IMG/VR virus record: IMGVR_UViG_3300036715_003906
Location: 62,001 to 126,000 of that record
DNA length: 64,000 bases
Reading direction: 5' to 3' (one strand)
Within the stretch, counting starts at the first letter, position 1. Each line of letters begins with the position of its first letter. The notes beneath the pieces were generated by a model. It had not been told where the DNA came from. It searched no databases and worked only from the letters and a program-made list of their open reading frames with translations. Shown piece after piece: positions 1 through 7,742 of the stretch. A program made the position numbers and the translations under genes.

Positions 1-288
1 TTGGACGCTCTCCGCCACGAGGGGCGCCGTCGCCGTGGTCGACCCGAGCAGGGTCCCCGGCGCCGGGGGCGGCACGACGCCGTACACGGCCTCGTTCGAC
101 AGGGCAGGGCCCGTCAGGAAGCGCTCCGCATTCGGGTCCCCACGGCCCACCACACCCTCGGGGCTGAGGGCGGAGTCGCCCACCGTGAGCGCCTTGCCTC
201 CGGCAGAGGTGTCCGCACGGCGGAGAGCCTCCAGCTCCAGGCGGGTCAGGTTGGAGAGCGTGCTCGTCGGGCTATAGGTTCCGGCCAT
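1..288 (-). CDS. Hypothetical virion protein, N-terminal part (runs off the window start)
   Basis: ATG at 288 with RBS-like GAGGA and a CTTTTATC motif upstream. Manual translation MAGTYSPTSTLSNLTRLELEALRRADT... is open to position 1. Absent from the ORF track because there is no stop in the window. Confidence 0.7.
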   Translation of the reverse strand, partial: MAGTYSPTSTLSNLTRLELEALRRADTSAGGKALTVGDSALSPEGVVGRGDPNAERFLTGPALSNEAVYGVVPPPAPGTLLGSTTATAPLVAESVQ

Positions 289-311
289 GAATCCTCTGCT
301 GTGTCTGCGGG

Positions 312-319
312 GATAAAAG
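312..319 (-). promoter_or_regulatory. Putative phage late-promoter motif (CTTTTATC)
   Basis: AT-rich motif in a short intergenic gap, 24 bp upstream of ATG 288. Similar motifs recur upstream of other genes. Confidence 0.4.
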
Positions 320-321
320 AC

Positions 322-2466
322 TCAGGGGGTGAGCCACTCGAACTCATTGACCCCAAGGGTCGTCCCGGGTCCTTTGATGAGCGTGAGGCGCAGGAAGAGG
401 GGGAACACCAACCCGTAGTTGCCCGTCGGCGACGTCGTGTTGTAGCTCACAACGACGTCCGAGCCCGAGGTTGAAAGACCGGTCTGGCACCCGTGACCGT
501 CCACCGTGGTGAGGTCAGGGTCGCCTTGGATGCGCCCGAGGTCAAGCCACCCCGTGACCCCGGGGACCTTGATCTCCAGGATCGCGCCCCCCGGATGATC
601 CGCCACGGGGTCGCCTGTGAAGACGCCGAGCGAGGCAAAAGCCGATGCCGCGAGCCCGTTTACCCGGATCCGGCCCGTGTTCCGGGAGATGCCCGTGTCG
701 AAGGCTCGGACGTACCGCCGCAGATGGTTCGCGGCATCCGCCGCCAGAACCGCCGCGTAGTTGGGCTGCCCCGTGGGACGGTAGACCGCAGCGGAGTAAT
801 CCGTCGTCGGATAGACCACCTGGTTGCCGATGATTTGCAGGTCGTCACCCCCCGCCGTCAGCACCGCCGCGGAGTTGAAGTGGTCACCCCCCGCGGGGAT
901 AACACCCACCGTGGCCACGCTGGCCGGGTAGGTCGAGACGTAGCGATACCGCTCGTCGACCATCGGCTCCAGGGTCGTGGTCGAGGCCGTGCTCCCCCCC
1001 GACTGGGGAAAGGAGTTGAAGAGCCAGGCGTGGTTGGTGTCCTCGTAGGAGGTCGCGACGTTCTGGTACGGCTTGCTCAGCTCCACGGTAAAGACCCCTA
1101 CGCCCTGCCCGCTCCGGGTGAAAGGCGTCGGGGAAGGAATCGTGACCGATCCGCTCGCAAACTGGCCCTGGTCTCCGGGCAGGGGCGCCGAGGATAGCGA
1201 GTAGAGGCTGCCCCCCGTCGGCTTGAGCTGCGTGTACGGGACGTCGAGGGCCGTCCCACCGAAGGTCGCAAAGTCGAACCGGATCGGCGGGTAATCCGTC
1301 GTGAAGCCCGTGGGGATGTCGGGGGGGCTGGCTGTCGTGCCCAGGTAAAAACTCCCATTAAAGAGGTTGTTCACCCGGAGGTCCACCGTCCACGACAAGC
1401 CCGCGCCCGAGTAGTGCTGGACCCCCGACGTCGCGATGAGGGTCGGGGACCCGTTGACCGTGACGTTGAAGAGCGCCCCAGACGGCGCCGTGCTCGACTG
1501 GGGGTCGACGAAGATGTTGTGCCGGTTGACCGTCTCGATGTCCCCCACGTCAAAGCTCCCCGCGATCGGAACCGCCGAGTACACGTTGGCCGCCACCATG
1601 TTCCCCGAGGTCAGGTTGACCGGCTGGATGGCGCTCAGGCTGACCGCGAAGGTCTCCCGCCAGTGGACGAGGAGGTACGAGCCGTTGTCCCCGTTCGACA
1701 GGGGGCGGCTCATGGCGAACGACGCGAGCTGGTAGCGGAAGAAGTCGATCCCGTAGTCGGCGTAGATCCCCGCGTAGGCCGAGTAATCCTTGAGGTTCGG
1801 GAGCCGGTGGGTGAGCGCGAAGATGTCGAGCCCGCCCCCTCCCGTGTGGTCGGCCTGGGCCCCCGTGCGGCTCGATTCCAGGAAGTTTGCGCTGGGCAAG
1901 CCCGCCGGGGGCGCCGCGGAGCCCAGCCACACGGCCCCGACGAGCGTCGTGTGGCTGCTGTCGAAGTAGTCGCTCGTCGTGGTCGTCCGGTAGAGGGCGA
2001 GGACGCCGCGGTCCGCCGGGAAGAAGACCCCGAGGCCAAAGAGCACGTTCGTGCCCGCCTGGTAAATGGTGTGCGTCGGGACCACGGCCCCGCTCCGGGC
2101 AAAGCCGCCCTTGACCGCCGAGGGCCACGTCGGGACCCCGGAGTTCGGGCCCCCCAGGTTGCGCCCGAGCGTGTTGGGCCGGGCGGGGAGCAGGTCCTTC
2201 ATCATGGCGATGAAGTCCTCGACGTTCTCCCCGTCGATCAGCCCCCCGACGCTGCTCAGGATGGCCTCTCCCGTGGGCGTGTAGACGGGGTTGATCCCGA
2301 TCGCCGAGGCCATGTGGGCGTCGACCGGGTCCGTGATGTGGGCTTCGAGCCCCGCGCCCCCGCCTCCCCCGGGCAGAAACAGGAGGGCACTGGCGGAGAC
2401 CGTCCCGGCCGGGACCTTGCCCGGGCCGGGGTTGACCGTCGTGTTCGGATCTTTCGTGCTCGGCAT
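322..2466 (-). CDS. Virion structural protein (tail/baseplate-associated), 714 aa
   Basis: Gly/Thr/Pro-rich beta-type composition with strong GC3 bias. Contains an LEAHITDPVDAHMASAI motif of the kind seen in phage fibre/baseplate proteins. Lies in the structural operon. Confidence 0.7.
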   Translation of the reverse strand: MPSTKDPNTTVNPGPGKVPAGTVSASALLFLPGGGGGAGLEAHITDPVDAHMASAIGINPVYTPTGEAILSSVGGLIDGENVEDFIAMMKDLLPARPNTLGRNLGGPNSGVPTWPSAVKGGFARSGAVVPTHTIYQAGTNVLFGLGVFFPADRGVLALYRTTTTSDYFDSSHTTLVGAVWLGSAAPPAGLPSANFLESSRTGAQADHTGGGGLDIFALTHRLPNLKDYSAYAGIYADYGIDFFRYQLASFAMSRPLSNGDNGSYLLVHWRETFAVSLSAIQPVNLTSGNMVAANVYSAVPIAGSFDVGDIETVNRHNIFVDPQSSTAPSGALFNVTVNGSPTLIATSGVQHYSGAGLSWTVDLRVNNLFNGSFYLGTTASPPDIPTGFTTDYPPIRFDFATFGGTALDVPYTQLKPTGGSLYSLSSAPLPGDQGQFASGSVTIPSPTPFTRSGQGVGVFTVELSKPYQNVATSYEDTNHAWLFNSFPQSGGSTASTTTLEPMVDERYRYVSTYPASVATVGVIPAGGDHFNSAAVLTAGGDDLQIIGNQVVYPTTDYSAAVYRPTGQPNYAAVLAADAANHLRRYVRAFDTGISRNTGRIRVNGLAASAFASLGVFTGDPVADHPGGAILEIKVPGVTGWLDLGRIQGDPDLTTVDGHGCQTGLSTSGSDVVVSYNTTSPTGNYGLVFPLFLRLTLIKGPGTTLGVNEFEWLTP

Positions 2467-2469
2467 GGC

Positions 2470-5061
2470 TCACGCCTTCTGCTGGATCGGGTTGCCCTTG
2501 AGGCGGAAGAATGCCGCCGTCGTGGTGTTCGAGGCCGCCGAGGGGTTGAAGGCGACGTCGTTGTTTGCGTCGAAGAACGCCTCCCGGATGATCACGCCGA
2601 GCACCAGTTGCCCCGGCTTCCCGAGGCCCGAGGCCGCCGGCAGCTCGGCCACGAAGGCCAGAGCGTTCCGATGCCGCTTCGGGTCGGAGAACGGCTGCGC
2701 GTAGGCGTTGGGGATGTACTGCCCCCCGGGCACCGTGGGAAAGAAGGTCCGCCCCTCGATGTCCGCGTCCCCGTTCCCGCGCGTGAAGGTCACGCTCTCG
2801 GGGTTGGGCACGTAGCCGATGAAGGCCGGCAGGCGCATGTAGCCGGTCGTCGCCGAGAAGTCGGTGACCGCCACCCCCGCCCCCGCGCGTAGCTCATGGT
2901 CCCCCGAGAAGGTGCCCCCCGAGGCCGGGTAGATACCCCCGAGCTGCGTCGAGGCGACCGCGTAGGGGTAGGCATCGTCCGGGCTCCCAGGGCCCGCCGT
3001 GAGGGCGTGGATCGTCGGGTCCACCAGCCGGGGCGTCACCGTGAAGCTCGTGCCCACCAGGGACCCCGGCGCCGACTGCGCAGCCCGGGCCTCGTAGTAG
3101 ATGGTCATCTGCTCGCCGTACTGCGGCAAGGGCCGGATGGCCTGGTAGGTGACGACCAGCGTGTCGCCCGGGGCCGTGTTGTCCGCCCCGTTCGTGTAGG
3201 TGCCGACCCGGCCCGAGGGCGAGAGGGTCACGCCCCCCACGATGGGCGTGGCGTTCTTCGTCACGCTCACAATCTGCCGGGCCCGCTCGGGGAGCGTGAA
3301 GGACCCCGAGGCCCCCGCGCTGTCCGCCCGCATCGTGATCGACTGGGTCGTTGTCAGGTACTGGAGCATCACCTCCCGGTGCGGGGCATTGATCTGGTTG
3401 CCACCGTAGAAGGCGCTGAAGTTCACCGGCGCCGAGGACAGAAGCTGCCCGGGGTTGTTGACCGTGAAGCTGCCCGAGCCAAAGTCCGCCGTCGGCGTCT
3501 TCGTGAGCCCCTGCCCCGGGGGGTAGGCTACGAGCAGGGTGACGTAGAGCGTCTCGTCCACGAGCCCCGCCGGCACCGTGCCCACCGTCAGGTTGATCGA
3601 GGTCACCGGCATCGCCCCGAGCCCCGTGATCGTCGTCAGGCTCGCGCTGGCGTCGTAGGTCTGCTGGCCCGCGCCCCCGATCCACCGGACCCCGACCACG
3701 TCCGTCCACACGACCGCCGCCGCGTTGTACGCGGCCCAGTTGAAGGGCGAGTAGGGGAAGATGGTGAGCGATGAGGGGTCGATCGTCACGACGTCGCCCA
3801 CGGTCCAGGTGCCCCCGGGGGGCGCGCAGGCCACCACGATGGTCTCGAGGACCACCCGGTCGGAGAAGGCCCGCCGGGCCGCGTCGAACTGCCCGATGAA
3901 CGTGGCCCCGGGCGTGTCCCCGGTCACCGTGCCATCGCCCCCGTTGGCGTTGCTGATCCCGATCTCGTCAGCCCAGAGCACCGTCGCCCCCACGACGCCC
4001 CCTCCGATCGGCGTCAGGGTCAGCTCCTGCTCCAGCAGGTTGTCGAAGATCCAGCCCAGGTTCTTCGCGAGAAGCTCGGCCATGGCCCAGCCGCCCGGGC
4101 GCACGGAGAGGCGCGCATCGACGATGTCCCGCCGGGCGATGATGTCGTTGTACAGGCCGTCGGGGCGGTCGCTCGGCCCGGGGGAGGCCACCCCGCCGTT
4201 GTGGTTCGTGTTCCGGTCGAAGGCCGTGGTGTTGCGCCGGATCACCCCGGTGAGGGGGATCGCGTACATATAGCCGTCCACGGTCCCCAGGGCGTTCGCC
4301 GGGTTGCCGTCACCCGCCCGCCAGAGGCCCGAGTCCCCGTTGCTCGCCTGGTTGGTGTAGGGGAAGGACGTGGTGCTCCCGTCAGGCGTCGCGGCGTTCG
4401 GGGGGACCGAGCGAGCGAGGACCGAGGAGTCGTCGAGGCCGTAGGGATAGGTCGCAAGGTCCACCCCCTGCACGGCCCGGAGGCGGTACTGGATCTGAAC
4501 ACGCTTGGTCGACTCGACCCCGAGCGTGCCGTCGAGGATGTCATCGACGAAGTTCAAGGTGAGGTCCTGGCTGCTGTCGACCTTGACGTTGCCGTTCCAC
4601 CAGATGCGCCCCGAGGGGCTCTTGCCCGTCGCCGAGGGGCTCGGGCTGACGAGCTGGCGCCAGACCTCCAGAAAGACGAAGTCCGTGCGCTTGGCCGCCG
4701 TCCCCGTGGGGCCCGCTCCGAGGGCAAGGAGGTTCGCGCCGTCGGTCGACCCCGTCCACGAGACCGGGATGATCCAGCCGTTGACGTGGGCCACAAGCCC
4801 CGCCTGGATCTTGATCTGGTTGACCACCGTGCTCGCGCTCCAGAAGGGCGAGGTGACGCTGCTGGTCACCGCCCGGTCGTCGAGCCACCCCGAGGGGAGC
4901 CCGAGCCGGAGGGTGGCCCGCTCGGTTGCCTGGGCAATGTCCCCTTCAAGGTTCAGCTCCTTGTCGAGGACCGCTTTCCCCTTCTGAAAGATCGTGAGGT
5001 CCCAGGCGCGGCCCGCCGTATCGAGCACCCCGGAGACCACCGGACCGTAGTTGTTTGCCAT
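2470..5061 (-). CDS. Baseplate/tail-fibre attachment structural protein, 863 aa
   Basis: N-terminal FQKGKAVLDKELN resembles the 'FQPG.pv...ELN' start of DUF4815-like baseplate proteins. Beta-rich and operonic. Confidence 0.6.
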   Translation of the reverse strand: MANNYGPVVSGVLDTAGRAWDLTIFQKGKAVLDKELNLEGDIAQATERATLRLGLPSGWLDDRAVTSSVTSPFWSASTVVNQIKIQAGLVAHVNGWIIPVSWTGSTDGANLLALGAGPTGTAAKRTDFVFLEVWRQLVSPSPSATGKSPSGRIWWNGNVKVDSSQDLTLNFVDDILDGTLGVESTKRVQIQYRLRAVQGVDLATYPYGLDDSSVLARSVPPNAATPDGSTTSFPYTNQASNGDSGLWRAGDGNPANALGTVDGYMYAIPLTGVIRRNTTAFDRNTNHNGGVASPGPSDRPDGLYNDIIARRDIVDARLSVRPGGWAMAELLAKNLGWIFDNLLEQELTLTPIGGGVVGATVLWADEIGISNANGGDGTVTGDTPGATFIGQFDAARRAFSDRVVLETIVVACAPPGGTWTVGDVVTIDPSSLTIFPYSPFNWAAYNAAAVVWTDVVGVRWIGGAGQQTYDASASLTTITGLGAMPVTSINLTVGTVPAGLVDETLYVTLLVAYPPGQGLTKTPTADFGSGSFTVNNPGQLLSSAPVNFSAFYGGNQINAPHREVMLQYLTTTQSITMRADSAGASGSFTLPERARQIVSVTKNATPIVGGVTLSPSGRVGTYTNGADNTAPGDTLVVTYQAIRPLPQYGEQMTIYYEARAAQSAPGSLVGTSFTVTPRLVDPTIHALTAGPGSPDDAYPYAVASTQLGGIYPASGGTFSGDHELRAGAGVAVTDFSATTGYMRLPAFIGYVPNPESVTFTRGNGDADIEGRTFFPTVPGGQYIPNAYAQPFSDPKRHRNALAFVAELPAASGLGKPGQLVLGVIIREAFFDANNDVAFNPSAASNTTTAAFFRLKGNPIQQKA

Positions 5062-5064
5062 GCG

Positions 5065-5868
5065 TCAGACTCCGGGTTCCATAACAGGGATCACAGCCTT
5101 GCGGGACATCGTTCGGACCCGGTGGCAGTTGGCGCACACCAGCTCACACTTGGCGATCTCTGCAAGGACTTTCTCACGGGACCAGGACCACATTGCGCTG
5201 ATGCCGGAGACCTTGTCGTCCTGGAGGTGATCGAAGTCCATCGCCGGATGATGCAGCGTCTTGCCGCAGTCCTTGCAGGGGGTCGCCTTGAGGGCAGAGA
5301 GCCACTCCCTGAACGCGCGCACCTTGGGAATCCTGGAAGCCCCCTTCCGGGCCTGTGTCCGTACCCGATGGCAGGCGCAGCAGACCAGCTCGCACTTCTC
5401 AAGCTCCGCCAAGACCGCCTCACGTCGATGGTTGGCCATCTTGCCGAGTGCCCACCGCTTCGTCCCGCGGACGTGGTCGAACTCCATGCAGAAAGGGGGG
5501 TACACCCCCACGCAGTCGAGGCAGGGCTTGCCCGCCTTGAGGCCATCGAGGAAAGCACGATGCTCCTGCCCCCGGCGCTGGTAATCCGACAGCAGATCGT
5601 CGCGGTGAGCCTCACGCCACTTGTCGGACGCGACCTTGTATTGGCCCTTTTTCTCGGCCCACCTCGCCCGGTTCGCGGCGTTCCGATCCGCTCGGTTTGC
5701 GGCATGGTGTGCCCGTCGAGCCATGTTCACCTCGGGGGTGAGATTCCGCGCGTTCATGTACGTCCTGTTGCACAGAAGGCACCACGAGCCGCAGCCATCG
5801 GCTCGCCGATTGTCCTTGACGAACTCGGACAAGGGCTTGTCCAGACGGCATTTCGAGCAGGTTTTCAT
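5065..5868 (-). CDS. HNH-type endonuclease with N-terminal Cys4 zinc finger and two tandem HNH-like domains (putative free-standing homing endonuclease)
   Basis: N-terminal CSKC...CLLC. Two copies of CxDC-x(8-9)-[ED]FDH-x~25-CELVCxxCHRVRT. Lower GC3 than its neighbours. Confidence 0.85.
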   Translation of the reverse strand: MKTCSKCRLDKPLSEFVKDNRRADGCGSWCLLCNRTYMNARNLTPEVNMARRAHHAANRADRNAANRARWAEKKGQYKVASDKWREAHRDDLLSDYQRRGQEHRAFLDGLKAGKPCLDCVGVYPPFCMEFDHVRGTKRWALGKMANHRREAVLAELEKCELVCCACHRVRTQARKGASRIPKVRAFREWLSALKATPCKDCGKTLHHPAMDFDHLQDDKVSGISAMWSWSREKVLAEIAKCELVCANCHRVRTMSRKAVIPVMEPGV

Positions 5869-5885
5869 GGCCCCACCCTACAGGA

Positions 5886-6548
5886 TCAAAAGGAAAGTCT
5901 CCACACGATCGTGAAGGTACTCGTCGCCGGCTTGTTGATCACCGCGAAGGTGAGGTAGTTGATCAGCGTGTCCCGCGTCGTCAGGTCCACGGCCGCGTTG
6001 TACGCGCCGTTGGGGGGCGAGACCGGGTTCTTGATCGAGAGATTCGAGTTGACGTTCCCCCCGAGGAGGCCCATCTCGACGAGCGGCCCGACCGCCTCGG
6101 ACTCCGTGAACGTGCAGACGAAGTCAACGACATTGGTGGGGATCGACGTCGGCAGGCCGCTCGCGTCCACGAAGTTCGTCGAGGCCAGCGTCTTGCGGCT
6201 GATCTCCGAGTAAAGGGCCCGCTGCGTGACCGTCGGCGCCGGGGGGCTCATCGGGTTCCACCCGACGTCGCCGCTGCCCACCGCGAGGGCAAAGACCCCG
6301 TGCGGGGGCTCGGACGGGTCCTTCATCAGCCGGGCGATGAGGATGCTGGCGTCCTTGACGACCAGGTTCCGCTTCTCCCAGATCTCTTGCAGCTCCCCCG
6401 TCTCGCCGTCCCGCATGTACAGGAACACGTCTCCCCGGATGTACCCACACCCTCCGGGGTCGCCGCTGTACTCGTCCCGCGCCCGGCTGGCCAGGTAGAA
6501 GTCGAGGCCGTGTTCGTGCGGGGCAGGGAGGCTCTCTCGGACGTGCAT
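5886..6548 (-). CDS. Tail collar/baseplate-type structural protein, probable separate gene with internal ATG inside ORF 5886..7736
   Basis: ATG 6548 is preceded by AGGAG and a CTCTTATC motif. Sequence NLVV...ALAVGSG...ALYSEISRK...FTESEAVGPLVEMGL is typical of tail-collar-like proteins. Confidence 0.7.
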   Translation of the reverse strand: MHVRESLPAPHEHGLDFYLASRARDEYSGDPGGCGYIRGDVFLYMRDGETGELQEIWEKRNLVVKDASILIARLMKDPSEPPHGVFALAVGSGDVGWNPMSPPAPTVTQRALYSEISRKTLASTNFVDASGLPTSIPTNVVDFVCTFTESEAVGPLVEMGLLGGNVNSNLSIKNPVSPPNGAYNAAVDLTTRDTLINYLTFAVINKPATSTFTIVWRLSF

Positions 6549-7736
6549 CTGATCTTTTCTCCTCGCCCCCCGCCGCGATAAGAGGGCTAAGGCAACCAGC
6601 GTGATCGTCGTCGTCGGCCCCGGGGGGATCGGGGCTCCGTTATCCGCGCAGATAAACAGGGCCCCGCCGCTGCCGTCCAGCGTCCAGTAGGGGTTATTGA
6701 GGTAGGCAAGGTAGCTCACGTCGAAGGGCTCCGTGAGCGTGGCCACGCAACGCCCGTCGGCCGCCTGGGGGGCGGCGTCAAGGACCTTCTGGTGCAAGTC
6801 GACCCGGGCCTCGCTGAGCACCCCCGCCCCGCCCCAGAGGACCGCGTCCCCCAGGCCCGTGACCGCGCCACCACCCCACAAGAACAGGGCCGAGGGGTCA
6901 ACGGGGGCCGGAAGAGGGTACTCGTCGTAGGCTTTCGTGCAGGCCGTGACCGAGTCGACCTGGATGACCGAGGCGGCCAGGGGCGAGAGAAGGGCCGGGC
7001 TGAAGAAGAGGAGCCCCGCGTGCTGGCCGAGGAGTCCGCCGGTCAGCTCCCCCGAGAAGCTCCCCAGGGCCACCTGGGCCCGGAGCGGCGCCATGGCCCA
7101 CTGGAAGGAGAGCGACCGGGGAGACACCTCCCGGCCATCGGGGGTGAGGAGGCCCGAGCTGAGCCGGGCCACGTAGACCCGCGTGGGCACGAGGTCCTCC
7201 CCGAGCTGCACGACCATCGACACGGGGTTGCCCGCCTGCTCGGCCACGACCCCGGAGATCAGGAGATCCTCCCCGTCCACCGTGGTGATGCGGTAGGAGG
7301 CCGGGTCGAGGAGGTCGCCGCTCCTCCGCAGAGGCTCGCTGAAGAGTAGCCGGACCCGGCGCGGACCTGTCGGCACCACCCGGGCCCCCGCGGGATTGAT
7401 CAGGCCCGTGAAGGTCGCCGTGCGCCCGTAGGGAGCCAGGGTGCGGCCGAGGATGTCCTTGGCCGCCGTCACCGTCACCACGTAGGTCTGAGCCGCCTGG
7501 GGCGATGTCGTGAGCAGGACCGACGAGGTCCCCCGCGTCGCCGCCGTGACCGTGAGCCCGGGGATGGAATAGTTCCCCGGGTCCGTGGTCGCGGCAAAGC
7601 CCGCGTCGAGCAGGGCGCTGAACGCCACCTCGACCAACGTACCCGTCTGCGCCTCCGCCCCCGTGACCACGAAGGGACCCGGGAGACTGCCGTAGGGAGT
7701 GGTGCCGTACCCTTCGATGCCGAAATGCCCTGTCAT
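5886..7736 (-). CDS. Ig-like/beta-sandwich virion protein (about 383 aa), read in-frame into the downstream collar gene as a 616-aa ORF
   Basis: GYGTTPYGS N-terminus and 'DPGNYSI'/'DPASYRI' Ig-like repeats. The junction at 6549-6590 is made of rare AT-rich codons and has a TAG one base out of frame (6587-6589). Confidence 0.6.
   Translation of the reverse strand: MTGHFGIEGYGTTPYGSLPGPFVVTGAEAQTGTLVEVAFSALLDAGFAATTDPGNYSIPGLTVTAATRGTSSVLLTTSPQAAQTYVVTVTAAKDILGRTLAPYGRTATFTGLINPAGARVVPTGPRRVRLLFSEPLRRSGDLLDPASYRITTVDGEDLLISGVVAEQAGNPVSMVVQLGEDLVPTRVYVARLSSGLLTPDGREVSPRSLSFQWAMAPLRAQVALGSFSGELTGGLLGQHAGLLFFSPALLSPLAASVIQVDSVTACTKAYDEYPLPAPVDPSALFLWGGGAVTGLGDAVLWGGAGVLSEARVDLHQKVLDAAPQAADGRCVATLTEPFDVSYLAYLNNPYWTLDGSGGALFICADNGAPIPPGPTTTITLVALALLSRRGARRKDQMHVRESLPAPHEHGLDFYLASRARDEYSGDPGGCGYIRGDVFLYMRDGETGELQEIWEKRNLVVKDASILIARLMKDPSEPPHGVFALAVGSGDVGWNPMSPPAPTVTQRALYSEISRKTLASTNFVDASGLPTSIPTNVVDFVCTFTESEAVGPLVEMGLLGGNVNSNLSIKNPVSPPNGAYNAAVDLTTRDTLINYLTFAVINKPATSTFTIVWRLSF
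6577..6584 (-). promoter_or_regulatory. Putative late-promoter motif (CTCTTATC)
   Basis: Same octamer as 47025-47032. Lies 29 bp upstream of ATG 6548. Confidence 0.4.
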
Positions 7737-7742
7737 GGTCCC

